DNA of 63,583 nt, filler included, from Octopus bimaculoides (GCF_001194135.2; 5 parts of 4 records of this genome joined end to end with filler, not necessarily neighbours in it); one strand, 5' to 3'; shown: positions 36,806-48,524, numbered from the whole stretch's first letter. Notes: generated by a model not told the origin, from the sequence alone. A program made the numbers and translations.

Positions 36806-37764
36806 AATGGTGAAATGTGTATTGGGAACAAATGGTATAAACTGCATTTTATGTTTATCATATTTCATATATGTATGCATGCATCGGTGGGTGGATGGAA
36901 TTGCTGTGGGTGGATTACCTTTGATCATGGTTCTGCTTGATCAACAAAAACAACAGCTGCAATAACAACTAATCATTCTCTTGATAGCAATCATATCTCT
37001 TGCAGCAGAACAAATAATGATTATACTCATCATTAATATTAATAATGAACATCTTCACTGGAGATCACAATTATCTATCCTAATTATGTATACTAAATAT
37101 ATTTTTGAATGAACCCTCGTGTAACTAGTGTCATTTTTATGCCTGACAGCTCGCTCGCTCTCTCTCTCTCTCTCGCTTGCTGATTAATTATAATTAACAA
37201 CTGGGAAATTTTACATTCCACAATGGAATACTTCTTAATTAATCTTCTGTTTGCTCCTCAGCATCATTATCCAAATCTCTTTATTTATGTTGATTGTGTA
37301 TTTAATTAATTATTTATATTCTATTATATGCATTTCCAATTTGGAAGAACAACGTTCTTCTTTGTCTTCTCCTACACATCATACTCTATAAACACCAAAG
37401 AGACAATTAATGGAAATCACAGAGTAAACATGAAGTTTAGCTGGTGAAATTCATGACAAGCTAAGAATAAGGAAAGTAACATATCTAAAATGGGAAGTAA
37501 ATTATTATGTCTAGATATTTAATATTTATGATTAGAAGAGCAATGGCATAGCAGAAATGATAAATATGCCAGACTAAAGGAGTTGTGGTATTTAATTATA
37601 AACCTTTAAGTTCTGAGTTCAAATATTGCAGTGATCAGTCTTTCATAATGTGACTGAGATAAATGCAAGGATTGGCTGAAAAGTGCATAGGTTGACCAAG
37701 ATACTCTTTATTTTTCAACATAGTTTTCGTTGCAGTCCACATGCTTTTTCCATCATGTTGTCCT

Positions 37765-37910
37765 TCTTTCAGTTTCCGTCCACCAAATCCACTCACAAGG
37801 CTTTGGTCAGCCCGAGGCTATAGTGGACACTTGCCCAAGGTGCCACACAGTGGGATGGAACCCAGAACCATGTGGTTTGTAAGCAAGCTACTTACCACAC
37901 AGCCACTCCT
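37765..37910 (-). mobile_element. SINE-A 5' half
   Basis: CAAATCCACTCACAAGGCTTTGG...CTTACCACACAGCCACTCC. Confidence 0.85.
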
Positions 37911-38500
37911 CTGCATTTTTTTTTGTTGTGAGACTATGGATTTCCATCTAGAAAGTTCTCTAAAGTACAGGCCTGGACAGGGTTATCTTTTTTTAAAGAA
38001 GACCAGCAGTTGCCCATGCAGCAAGTCTCTGTTTCTCCTCTGTTGTTCAAGGAAACACTAAGGGTAAATATAATTTAGCACTAAGTGTTGTCAGAACACA
38101 AAGATTCAGAACTGATATCTCAAGGCTGTCCTTCCAATGCACAAGAGTTCCACCAATCCACCCCTGGTGAGGTACTTTATATATCAACCTTGAAAGGGTG
38201 AACAGAAATAATCTCAATGGAGTTTTAATTAAGAACACAGAACAAATACTGCAAGGTACACCGACTCCGTCAGCTTTCCAAATTGTCTCACATTTTGACA
38301 CAAGGCCAGAAATGTTTAGGAGAGGGAGTAAGTTGATTATATCAACCCCAGTGCTCAACTGCTTCTTATTCTATCAACCCCAAAAGCTGTTGGTTGTGTC
38401 ATCAATGAAAAATGTCTCAGAACTTAGGGGGATAAAAACGAAAAACAGACTTTGTTTTCCCCCGAAAAGGCAAACTTTCCATATTTAGAAGTAGAAACAG

Positions 38501-38550
<50 letters not shown>

Positions 38551-38559
38551 TTTATAATT

Positions 38560-38667
38560 TGTGTATATTTATTTTATTATAAATGCAAAACAACACCACG
38601 GAGGAATCGACATAAACTTTAAAAATAAACCACGATAGGTGAACCGTGATATGGCGAGGGATTACTG
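38560..38667. mobile_element. Tigger/pogo-like terminal fragment
   Basis: Ends AACCGTGATATGGCGAGGGATTACTG followed by TA; the reverse complement TA-CAGTAATCCCTCG is typical of pogo-family TIRs. The partner TIR was not found. Confidence 0.45.
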
Positions 38668-38989
38668 TATGTGAAAATAAAGAATAAACAACTCATTTAC
38701 ATAAATACAAAGGTTGAGGAAGACACTTGTCCAAGGAAGTGCATAATGGGATCAAACCTGGAACAACGTGGTTGCAAAGAGAACTACTTCAATCAGACAC
38801 ATAGGATTTTTATTAGCTTAATTTTTTTTTAAATTCCTGTTTTCTTTCATATATGACTCACCCCTTATGGAAGTTTCCTATGTTGTTACCAGCGTTGAAA
38901 TCTGTATACAATTCTCTATTTCAATGATGAATTTATTAAGATAAACAAAGCAAGATGAGTAAGGCAACTGCTCATCAGAGTCTTTATGA

Positions 38990-39600
38990 ACGACCCCATG
39001 GTGACAACAACAGTGTAAGGCACGAAGTGGATCCTCTGAGAAAGAGAGTAACTCGTGACATGGGCATGGATGAGTTTTAAACCTGCGCAGCCACTGTGAA
39101 TGGTTTGGAAGAAAGTTAAAGTCACCAACTGGTTCTGCTTCAAGTTAGGGAAATATCATATCCTATCTGTCACAGAATGTCCAAGAACAGCTACGTGGGA
39201 TCACTTTTCTCAATGCTAGATGGTGATGGATGTCGATTTGATGAAACAGCTAAAGTTTCCAGCACACATCACCTAAATCTTGCTGAGACTAGATACCATT
39301 TTGTTTTCCAAAATAACAAGGCAGCTAGTCCTACTGGAAGGTAACTGTGTCCAAGGGGGGAAAAGAAAGGAGACTCAAGAGAAGAAGAGAACCGAATAAG
39401 AAGGGTTGGTGTTTAAGAATGGGTGGTGAACAAGGTTTTTTGCCACTGGAAGTTGGCAGTTGAGAGTTTCCAGGTTGTATTCTGAATAAAGCCTATGAAA
39501 CTTAAAGCATTATAGAATCATGCAAAAAAGCCACCAAAAACAGTATAGAGGCTGCTGAGAAAGCATCTAAAAGGCGCTAGTTGAAAAGAGCTGATCAGTG
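38990..39600 (+). mobile_element. HERO-like (RLE) non-LTR retrotransposon 3' relic
   Basis: Frameshifted DLMKQLKFPAHIT...LRLDTILFSKITRQLVLLE...GW...LPLEVG...IEAAEKAS matches the DL..QL.FP..I..T.LRPDIVL.S....ELTVPWEE...P.EVG.RG...AAE.AS pattern recalled for HERO elements. Confidence 0.55.
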
Positions 39601-39744
39601 AGGACACATGCATAGTTTCCTTGGATGAGGTTGAATGTTGTAAGGCCTAAAACATCCAGTGACCCCAGGATACACTGCTGACGATGTGTCCAAGCATTGC
39701 ATTTGTTGATGTATGTTGAATATACACACATGCAAATGTCTAAA

Positions 39745-40010
39745 TGTCTTCTACTATAACCCCTGACCGGCGAGTGCCTTGTGAGTGAATTTGGTAGACA
39801 GAAACTGTGTGGAAGCTCCGTCGTATACATATCTATGTGTTTCTCAATTAGTGTTGGATTGTTTACATCTTCATAAACTTAGTAGTTTGGCAGGAAAGAT
39901 TGAGAGAATAAGTGCTAGACTTGAAAAATAGATAGGGGTTGATTAGTTTGATTACACCCAAGAGGTGCCCAAGCATGGCCACAATCCAATGATTGAAACA
40001 AGTAAAATAT
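39745..40010 (+). mobile_element. SINE-A 3' portion, decayed
   Basis: GTCTTCTACTATA...TTTGGTAGACAGAAACTG...GATTGAAACAAGTAAAA. Confidence 0.75.
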
Positions 40011-40424
40011 TAAAAGTGTGTGTGTGTGCGTGCGTGTGTAGAAGGATTTGAAAGCTGTCATTTTGTGCATAACAGCAGGTCTTGTCAACTGTAAACAAAG
40101 CAAATAAATTGGGAGGGTGGGGAAGTAATTGAAATTAATTATTATTTATTTTTTTTGCTAAATCATAACCTCCAATATCGAAAACATAGATCTGAAAAAA
40201 AATTACGGGTTTAAAAGTTATAGCAGGGGTGAATTCTGAAGAAGTACCAGGAATTGGACTAGTCATTTCCAATTTTGATTTTTTTTTGTTTTTAGAAATG
40301 GAACTGCGAGATAATACAATTTTATATATATATAAATGTTTATATAATTATATGATATATAATAATTTATTCGTAACACACACAGTACTGATATAGCTCG
40401 TCAACCTTCTACCATTATGCGATA

Positions 40425-40570
40425 GGCTTCTTTCACTTTCCATCTACCAAATCCACTAACAAGGCTGTGGTTGGCCCGAGGCTACAGTAGAAGGCACTTG
40501 CCCAACGTGCTATGCTGTGGGACTGAACGAGGAACCATGTGGTTGACAAGCAAGCTTCTTTCCACACAAC
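40425..40570 (-). mobile_element. SINE-A 5' half
   Basis: CTACCAAATCCACTAACAAGGC...GAACCATGTGGTTG. Confidence 0.8.
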
Positions 40571-40899
40571 CATATATATATGAACAGCCAGACAGGTAGG
40601 TTGATAGATAGACAGACAGATAGATAGATAGATAGATAAAGCACATCGCAGAAAGCAAACTGTCCATTGTCATCATATAGAAAGGAACATCTGGAATGTT
40701 TGAAATCTATAATGAAACAATTTGATCTAATGAGAGTCTATGTATGAAAGAATCAGAGACAGAGAGGAAGGGAAAATAAGAAAATACTGGGATCTTTCTG
40801 ATTAACACACTACATAAAACAAATGAAAAGTGGCGCCCGTCAAATCAGAAAGATCCAAATACTTGTAACGGTATCGAAATGTTAAAGTCGGAGATTACC

Positions 40900-41600
40900 A
40901 ATTGTAACGATTAATGTTTTTGTGTTGTGTAGTCGATGTGTCACCAATTGTAATGATAATTGTTAGTTTGTAGCGATGTGCTGCAGGATGCGCAAAATGA
41001 ACAATTCATGAAGTTTTTAAGAAGTTTTTATTTACCGTTACTCTAATAAATGCCATACCACGACGGGTAGGTTAGTGTAATCGTATAATGCAGTTCTTGA
41101 AACATGCAAGGTAAAGAAAGTTAATTTCGGCCTGTATAGGTGTGTACACATTCTTGTAGTAGTAAACAGATAAAAAGATAGGGTAATGTTACCGAGAAAA
41201 GGATGCGAGCTAGTGATAGTTATAGAGTCGAGGAAAGTTGTCTCATAGTTGGCTGGTTGTAAAACTTCTTTCTCCCTTTGGTTTTGTCTTTAGGTGGCTG
41301 CCTGCTTGTGACTATATCTGTAGATGACTGTTCCCTAACTAATTGAGTTGTCACTAGTTACTTCGCTCTGTGTCCCCCAAGTAACTACTGGTTGAGTCGT
41401 CGCCGACTGGTGACTAAAACTAAATTTTGCTTGGGGTTTCCTAGCTTTTATAACGATCTAGAAGGATAGATATATTACTGAGAACAATGGATTTAGCTGG
41501 TGGTCTTGTTATTTCTATTCTAGATTTTCATGGAGTAGAAGAGGTTAGAAAGGGTCAAAGTGGTGAAGACATTGTTTCGGCCTAGCTAAAGGCATCTGGA
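40900..41600 (-). mobile_element. Possible highly decayed Penelope-like (GIY-YIG) relic with hammerhead remnant
   Basis: Minus strand shows FYLFT...ECVHTYTGR (GIY-YIG-like across a frameshift) and GCC-TTTAGCTA-GGCCGAAAC-AAT-GTC at 41568-41593. All signals are weak. Confidence 0.3.
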
Positions 41601-41827
41601 AAATATTAAACTGCTGTCAGATCAAAATCATTGTTCCACCGTGGGAAAAGTTCTGACGCAGTGTTAATTTAAATTTGGGTATAGTGGATCGAATCCACTT
41701 CATGCCTGCAAGATTCACTACATCCTGATTAAATAAATAGTGCCAAAATTCGAAGGCAAGAGAAACTGGACGAGAGAAAATATTGATCACAGTACATTTC
41801 TGAAAGTTAAAAAAGTTTTGGAATATA

Positions 41828-42061
41828 TCATCATCATCATCATCGTTTAACGTCCGCTTTCCATGCTAGCATGGGTTGGACGATTTGACTGAGGACTGGT
41901 GAAACCGGATGGCAACACCAGGCTCCAGTCTGATTTGGCAGAGTTTCTACAGCTGGATGCCCTTCCTAACGCCAACAACTCAGAGAGTGTAGTGGGTGCT
42001 TTTACGTGTCACCCGCATGAAAACGGCCACGCTCGAAATGGTGTCTTTTATGTGCCACCCG
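41828..42061 (-). mobile_element. SINE-C young copy, truncated by a scaffold gap
   Basis: About 97% identical (7 differences in about 225 nt) to 21700-21930 in inverted orientation. Confidence 0.85.
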
Positions 42062-42302
42062 NNNNNNNNNNNNNNNNNNNNNNNNNNNNNNNNNNNNNNN
42101 NNNNNTTAATTAATTAANNNNNNNNNNNNNNNNNNNNNNNNNNNNNNNNNNNNNNNNNNNNAGAAGCAGCACATATGCTAGGACACAACAACCTCCTAAG
42201 CAGACCGAGTGCAGATATGAATAGCATATGGGAACCGGTATTGAGGAAGGATAGAAAAATAATAGATTTATAAGCCTTAAAATTCACCCCATAATTGCCC
42301 AC

Positions 42303-42375
42303 GGGCATATGGCGTAGTGGTTAAGAGCGCGGGCTACTAACCCCAAGGTTCCGAGTTCGATTCACGGCAGCGACC
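42303..42375 (+). pseudogene. tRNA-derived Pol III head (ACT anticodon loop); not a functional tRNA
   Basis: A box TGGCGTAGTGG (42310-42320), B box GAGTTCGATTC (42353-42363), loop CTACTAA and T-arm CCGAG/CACGG. The acceptor stem does not pair. (AAT)n follows. Confidence 0.8.
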
Positions 42376-42451
42376 TGATTAATAATAGTAATAATAATAA
42401 TAATAATAATCGTTAGGAATGAGAACCTATGAAAATGAGGTCATTTTCAAT

Positions 42452-42522
42452 GGCCAGATAACTGAAGAGATGGCGGCGTGGGTTTCCGCCCCGGCATCCG
42501 AAACTCGAAGTTTATCATGGTT
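42452..42522 (+). ncRNA. Type I hammerhead-ribozyme-like fold, slightly degenerate
   Basis: Stem I GGCCAGATAA/TTATC(A)TGGTT, core CTGAAGA (42462-42468), stem II GATGGCGG/CCGGCATC with an apical hairpin, GAAA (42500-42503), stem III ACT-CGA-AGT. Confidence 0.6.
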
Positions 42523-42588
42523 ACTACCGAATAATTGTCACATATTTTTACAGATATATATATATATATAAACTGAAAAATGCCCGTC

Positions 42589-42628
<40 letters not shown>

Positions 42629-43019
42629 GACGGGCATTTTTCAAACAAGATGAGGAGAAATATCCGTCAAATGTAAATAATTCTTCATCTCTTAAATATA
42701 GAACTGTATTACAGATTCATATTGAAAATGATGATGATGAAGAGGAAGGAAAAGAAGAAGGAAAAGATGGTTGTGCTTTACTCTAATATTTGTAAATGAA
42801 TACAAGTGACACATTCATGTACACACTCAAACTAAGCTTATAAAGCACATACGCACACACACACACATATATATATATGTATGTATGTATGTATGTACAT
42901 ATATATATGTACATATATATATTTATATGTATGTATGTACATATATATATATATACACATATATGCATACATACATACATAAATATATATATGTACATAT
43001 ATATATGTACATACATACA

Positions 43020-43069
<50 letters not shown>

Positions 43070-44949
43070 GAGTTAAACGCAGGTGTTATTCAAATCTTTT
43101 AAAAGAATGTGATGACTGCGTATATCATGAAGGGAACGCTAACAAGTTTTTGTTTAATAGACCGTTAGTAGATATAACGTCAAAGGTAGTTTATAGAAAG
43201 TGGAGGAGAAAGAAAGAAATTAGCAGAAAACTAATAGGGGGGAGATATAGAGTGGTAGGTGAATAGGAATAAAGCTTAAAGGAAGTGAAATGTAAGAAGA
43301 CAGTCAAAGGTCGAATTTTATAGAATGGTAGAAATCACTTATAGGAACTAAAGGTATGTTTCTGTCAATGTTTGCAGCGATAAACGCGTTCTATAAACGT
43401 GTTTACAAGAGGATTCTACATTTCACTCTTACAAAGCAGACAAAAAGATTTACATCTATCATACAGAAAAGATATAGAGAGACTATGCCATTCCAAATCA
43501 AATTGTTTATCATGATCCTTTAGAATTCTGACGTCTTTTTTTATATAGATAGTTCTTCATCTCAGTTGTCCAAAAGAATATCTAATCCTTACTCTACATG
43601 TAGACATTAATTTGGTATCTAAAAGATCATAATAAACAATAAACAATATGCGTAAATGTATATATAGGTTGGGTGATGAAAACAAGAAAAAAGAACTTAA
43701 ACCATGAATATATATATATGTCTGTGTGTGTGTGTATGTGTGTGTGTGTGTGTGTGTGTTTGTGTACGTGCGTGCGTGTGTGTGTGTGTATTCAGACATG
43801 TACTGATGTATTTTAAAGCTTGTAAACGTTCATGCGCAGACAGGCATAANNNNNNNNNNNNNNNNNNNNNNNNNNNNNNNNNNNNNNNNNNNNNNNNNNN
43901 NNNNNNNNNNNNNNNNNNNNNNNNNNNNNNNNNNNNNNNNNNNNNNNNNNNNNNNNNNNNNNNNNNNNNNNNNNNNNNNNNNNNNNNNNNNNNNNNNNNN
44001 NNNNNNNNNNNNNNNNNNNNNNNNNNNNNNNNNNNNNNNNNNNNNNNNNNNNNNNNNNNNNNNNNNNNNNNNNNNNNNNNNNNNNNNNNNNNNNNNNNNN
44101 NNNNNNNNNNNTATATATATATATATATATATATATTCACACACACATACAGTGCCAACTGTCCTACATACACACATATACCTGTAACGACTGTAAATCA
44201 ATAAACCACCACATACATGACAATATAAATAGAATTAAGAGGACAAATACTCATCATTCCTTTCGTCAGCACATTTGAATAATGTTATATATGTATGCAT
44301 GTGTATGAATGTGTGTGAGTGTGTTTGCATATGTATTTGTGTGTGTGTGTATTTGTGTGTGTGTGTAGTAGTAGACCAGTGCTCCCTTCAGCTAATAAGT
44401 TATGGAATATCTCTAGGTTCGTCGCTGTCAGATACTGTTGACAATTACTCAATGTGAACAGTCCTGTTGTGTATCAGTGTAGAAACGTTAGCCAACCACA
44501 CATAGGTGCAGACCTGACTATGTGGTTTATGTGGTTAAATAGGTCATCTCGCAGATGTCAATGTTCAATTTTTCGTCGGACTTAATTGAGCAGGTGACCC
44601 ATTTTACAGTTTTGTGAGTGATATTAGGTAGACAGGAATTATTACGGAAGCACCTCACACACATTCACATGCATGCATACACATATGATTCTGCTTAGCT
44701 GAAATGATAACAATAAACAACTGTTAGAACTCAGTAACTCTGTGTACTTATACTTCACAGTATTAGTACGGTTCGACTCCAAAGAAGCAATAAGATCTAT
44801 AGGCACTTAACTCGGAGTGCACGGTTATTAGTAGCTGAAATGGGTGTAAGCTAACGAAGGGGATTACGTAACACTCGTTCTTTTGTCATTAATATATATT
44901 AATATATATGTGTGTGTACGTGTGTGTGCGTGTGTGTGTGTGTGCGTGG

Positions 44950-44985
<36 letters not shown>

Positions 44986-45051
44986 CAGTCTGTAAATGGT
45001 GGGGTTGTGTTAAACGCGCGTGTAGAAATAATAGGAAAATTAAAAATTAAA

Positions 45052-45107
<56 letters not shown>

Positions 45108-45709
45108 NNNNNNNNNNNNNNNNNNNNNNNNNNNNNNNNNNNNNNNNNNNNNNNNNNNNNNNNNNNNNNNNNNNNNNNNNNNNNNNNNNNNNNNNNNNNN
45201 NNNNNNNNNNNNNNNNNNNNNNNNNNNNNNNNNNNNNNNNNNNNNNNNNNNNNNNNNNNNNNNNNNNNNNNNNNNNNNNNNNNNNNNNNNNNNNNNNNNN
45301 NNNNNNNNNNNNNNNNNNNNNNNNNNNNNNNNNNNNNNNNNNNNNNNNNNNNNNNNNNNNNNNNNNNNNNNNNNNNNNNNNNNNNNNNNNNNNNNNNNNN
45401 NNNNNNNNNNNNNNNNNNNNNNNNNNNNNNNNNNNNNNNNNNNNNNNNNNNNNNNNNNNNNNNNNNNNNNNNNNNNNNNNNNNNNNNNNNNNNNNNNNNN
45501 NNNNNNNNNNNNNNNNNNNNNNNNNNNNNNNNNNNNNNNNNNNNNNNNNNNNNNNNNNNNNNNNNNNNNNNNNNNNNNNNNNNNNNNNNNNNNNNNNNNN
45601 NNNNNNNNNNNNNNNNNNNNNNNNNNNNNNNNNNNNNNNNNNNNNNNNNNNNNNNNNNNNNNNNNNNNNNNNNNNNNNNNNNNNNNNNNNNNNNNNNNNN
45701 NNNNNNNNN

Positions 45710-46805
45710 GGGAGGCACGTCTTTCCGATATAGTTGTGTTGGCAACCTGTGCATATGAGGACGAAAATGAGGTTCCCGGACGAACAAGAGAAATTGGTCT
45801 TGATTTTAAACCTTGTTCCTTGTTTGAAGGTAAATTCAGAGCCTTCAAGTAGGTAGGGGCAGGTACCACAGTTAGGGCGTGCACATTTTTTTAACTGATG
45901 GGGGTGGAAGTGGTGTGTGTAGTTTGGCATTAGTTAAGAGTTTTTTCAAAGATTTGTGTTGCCTTTTGCATTTAAGGACTTTGTGTGCATTGATGATATT
46001 ATTCATTTTCGGGTCTGTGGTCAGTAAGGGGAGGTTTTGTTTAATTGTGGTGTGTGCTGAATTCCTTAGTGAATTGAATACTTGGATGTATGTTGTTAAG
46101 TATGGTTTTGAATTCCAGAAGTTTTTCATAGGATTCCTTCCATATGATGAAACAATCATCCAAGTATCTTTTCCAGTTTTCCATTAAGTAGAAGTGGAAA
46201 AGGTGTCCAAATTTCTGGCATGAGATCTCATATAGTGATAATTCAAAAAAACCCATTATGAGGTTCGCAAGGACTGGTGCAGCTTTACCACAATTTTGGC
46301 GGTAGTATGTGTTTGCAAACAGGAAGTAATTATTGGTCAGAATGAACTTGAGTGATTCTGTAATGAAGGTTGTGCTAATGCGATTAGGAAATGCTTCTGG
46401 GTGTTTCTCCAGCCAGAATTTAATTGCCTCAATACCATATTCATGTGGGATGTTTGTATATAGGTTTATCACGTCAAAAGAAACCAACAATGCCTCCTCG
46501 TTGGTTGTTTTCGGGAGGTGCTTGAGCATGTCAAGATCATCTCTAATGAAACTTTTGATGTGACTGAGGAAAGGTTTCAAAAGGATGTCCAGGAAATTGC
46601 TTAAGCGGTGTGTTTAGCAGGAGGTGCCTGCTATAATGGGTCTTCGTTTTAAGTCTTCCGGTGCCTTGATGTTGATGTAGATGTCAGAGGAGAGTTTGCA
46701 GGCTTCGGTGATGAATTTGTTTTTATGGATTTTAGGGAGGCCATAGAAGAGGCTGGGCTTGCATTTGAAATTAATAATATAATCCTTTTCTTTGTCCGTG
46801 AGTTC
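45710..46805 (-). mobile_element. Penelope-like element: RT plus GIY-YIG endonuclease, internally deleted, both ends in gaps
   Basis: LFYGLPKIHK...RPIIAG, LVSFDVINLYTNIP, WKRYLDDCFIIW and IHPSIQFTKE (PLE RT). CARPNCGTC...CSSGNLIFVLICTGCQHNYIGKT (GIY-YIG). One stop at 46614 and a poly-A frameshift near 45890. Confidence 0.95.
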
Positions 46806-47209
46806 NNNNNNNNNNNNNNNNNNNNNNNNNNNNNNNNNNNNNNNNNNNNNNNNNNNNNNNNNNNNNNNNNNNNNNNNNNNNNNNNNNNNNNNNNNNNNNN
46901 NNNNNNNNNNNNNNNNNNNNNNNNNNNNNNNNNNNNNNNNNNNNNNNNNNNNNNNNNNNNNNNNNNNNNNNNNNNNNNNNNNNNNNNNNNNNNNNNNNNN
47001 NNNNNNNNNNNNNNNNNNNNNNNNNNGTAAGAGAGAACGTGAGAGAGAGAAGAGAGCGAAAATACGAAGAAATGAACAAGATGAGAAAAAAATGCTAAGT
47101 TTTTCCATGTCAGCCATGGAAAGAACTAATTATGATGTTTAGGACATCATCCTCCTTCCGAAGATGTCCGAAACATGGGCAGCAACTAGATATAAGACAC
47201 CGAAACACT

Positions 47210-48524
47210 AATTTTAGCCGCTTAGGGATAAGCCATTGGAACAAATCTGATAAAGGCAATGATCAACTACATTCAGTCAGATAGCAAATGTAGAATTTGC
47301 AAGATAGGAAACAAACGTATCACTCACCTTTTGAGTGAGTGTACTATACTCGTACAAAAGGAGTATAAGCGCAGATATGATTGTCTAGGTGAAAGAGTGC
47401 ATCGGAATGTTAGGCAAGTGTGTGGTTTCGAAACAACGGGAAAATGGTATGAACATGAACCAGTGGATTTAATAGAAAATCAATTACAGGATCTCGTGGC
47501 ACTTCTTAAAGACTGCCTTGAAAGGTAAATTGACGTTAAATTTCTGACCTACAACCTATTTACCACTTACGTGGAACCTTATGACCTGTGTCTTGGCGGA
47601 GAAGTGATATAATCTGGAAAGTAACATTTTACTTCCAGTGGAACAGAAAGAGTGCAGCAGGCAAAGTAGGGCAACAAAAGACCAGTTGTTAGTTTATAAA
47701 ATAGTAATCAGAAATTGCAGAGGCAGATTGATGGGATTGAGTGAAGCATGCCTGGATTATAAGACCACAGGATATGATGCTGCAAAGTTAGATAAATAAA
47801 ACAATGAGTATGTTTGGTAGAAAATATGGAGAAATCTCTCAGTGAACGTATGAAATATTGGAGCAAAGACTTGATTGGAGGAAAGCAAAAATTTGGGAAG
47901 ATGAACAACAGACATGATATAATGCTCGAAACTGGCACAACGCAAATACAAAAGATGCCATGACAATGTAGAAAGAATGATCCATTGGGAGCTCTGTGGA
48001 AATCACGGCCTACAAAAAGCAGCAAAGACATGGTATGAGAAAAGTCCTGGAGTCACCGAAAATAAGAATTGCAAAATCCTGAGTGCAATGTTCCAATGCG
48101 ATCACCCGACCAGACATCGGAAACCGGACATTGTTGTGGTGAATAAACATGTATGATAATCAACATAGCATGCCCCGGTGATAACAGGATCAATGTGAAA
48201 GAAGAAAAATAAACAATTTGAAGTGGGAAATACGAAGGTTGTGGTCAATAAAAAGAGTACACATGATACCAATAGTAAATGGCGCACTTGGAAGTATCAG
48301 CACTCAACTACCAAAATGGCTGAAAAAGATTAGTGCAAGTGTGAGGGTAAAACACCAAGAAAATTAGCATTGCTTAGAACTGCAAGAATTCTTCGCAGGG
48401 TTCTTGAAGCATGACAAGTAAATAAATATAAGTGTAACATTAGTCTGCTGGCTTTGGACAGCTGACACTTTCCATCATACCCATAAAAATAAGCTGTGAG
48501 TTTTCATATAATAACAATAATAAT
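47210..48524 (+). mobile_element. Mosaic of R4/Dong-clade LINE fragments ending in a TAA-rich tail
   Basis: SKCRICK...ITHLLSEC...EYKRRYD...KWYEHEP (47270-47480), an RT piece PVEQKECSRQSRATKDQLL (about 47630-47760), then IHWELC...RKPDIVV...NGALG...LLRTARILRRVL* (47940-48415) and a 3'UTR. Confidence 0.85.

Noticed and set aside
40831-40838. TGGCGCCC, primer-binding-site-like, near TGTAAC
   Set aside because: There is no upstream LTR ending in CA, no paired LTR and no gag/pol sequence.
42303-42375. Functional tRNA-Ser(ACT) gene
   Set aside because: The acceptor stem does not pair, there is no long variable arm as expected for Ser, and it runs into (AAT)n. Treated as a SINE head.
42470-42560. 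ATGGCGGCG as a gene start (MAAWVSAP...)
   Set aside because: There is no good donor, and the GC-rich sequence is better explained as stem II of the hammerhead fold.
47131-47178. GGACATC/GATGTCC hairpin followed by GAAACATG
   Set aside because: There is no CUGANGA core (TATGATGTTTA instead) and no stem I. At best it is an unprovable remnant.
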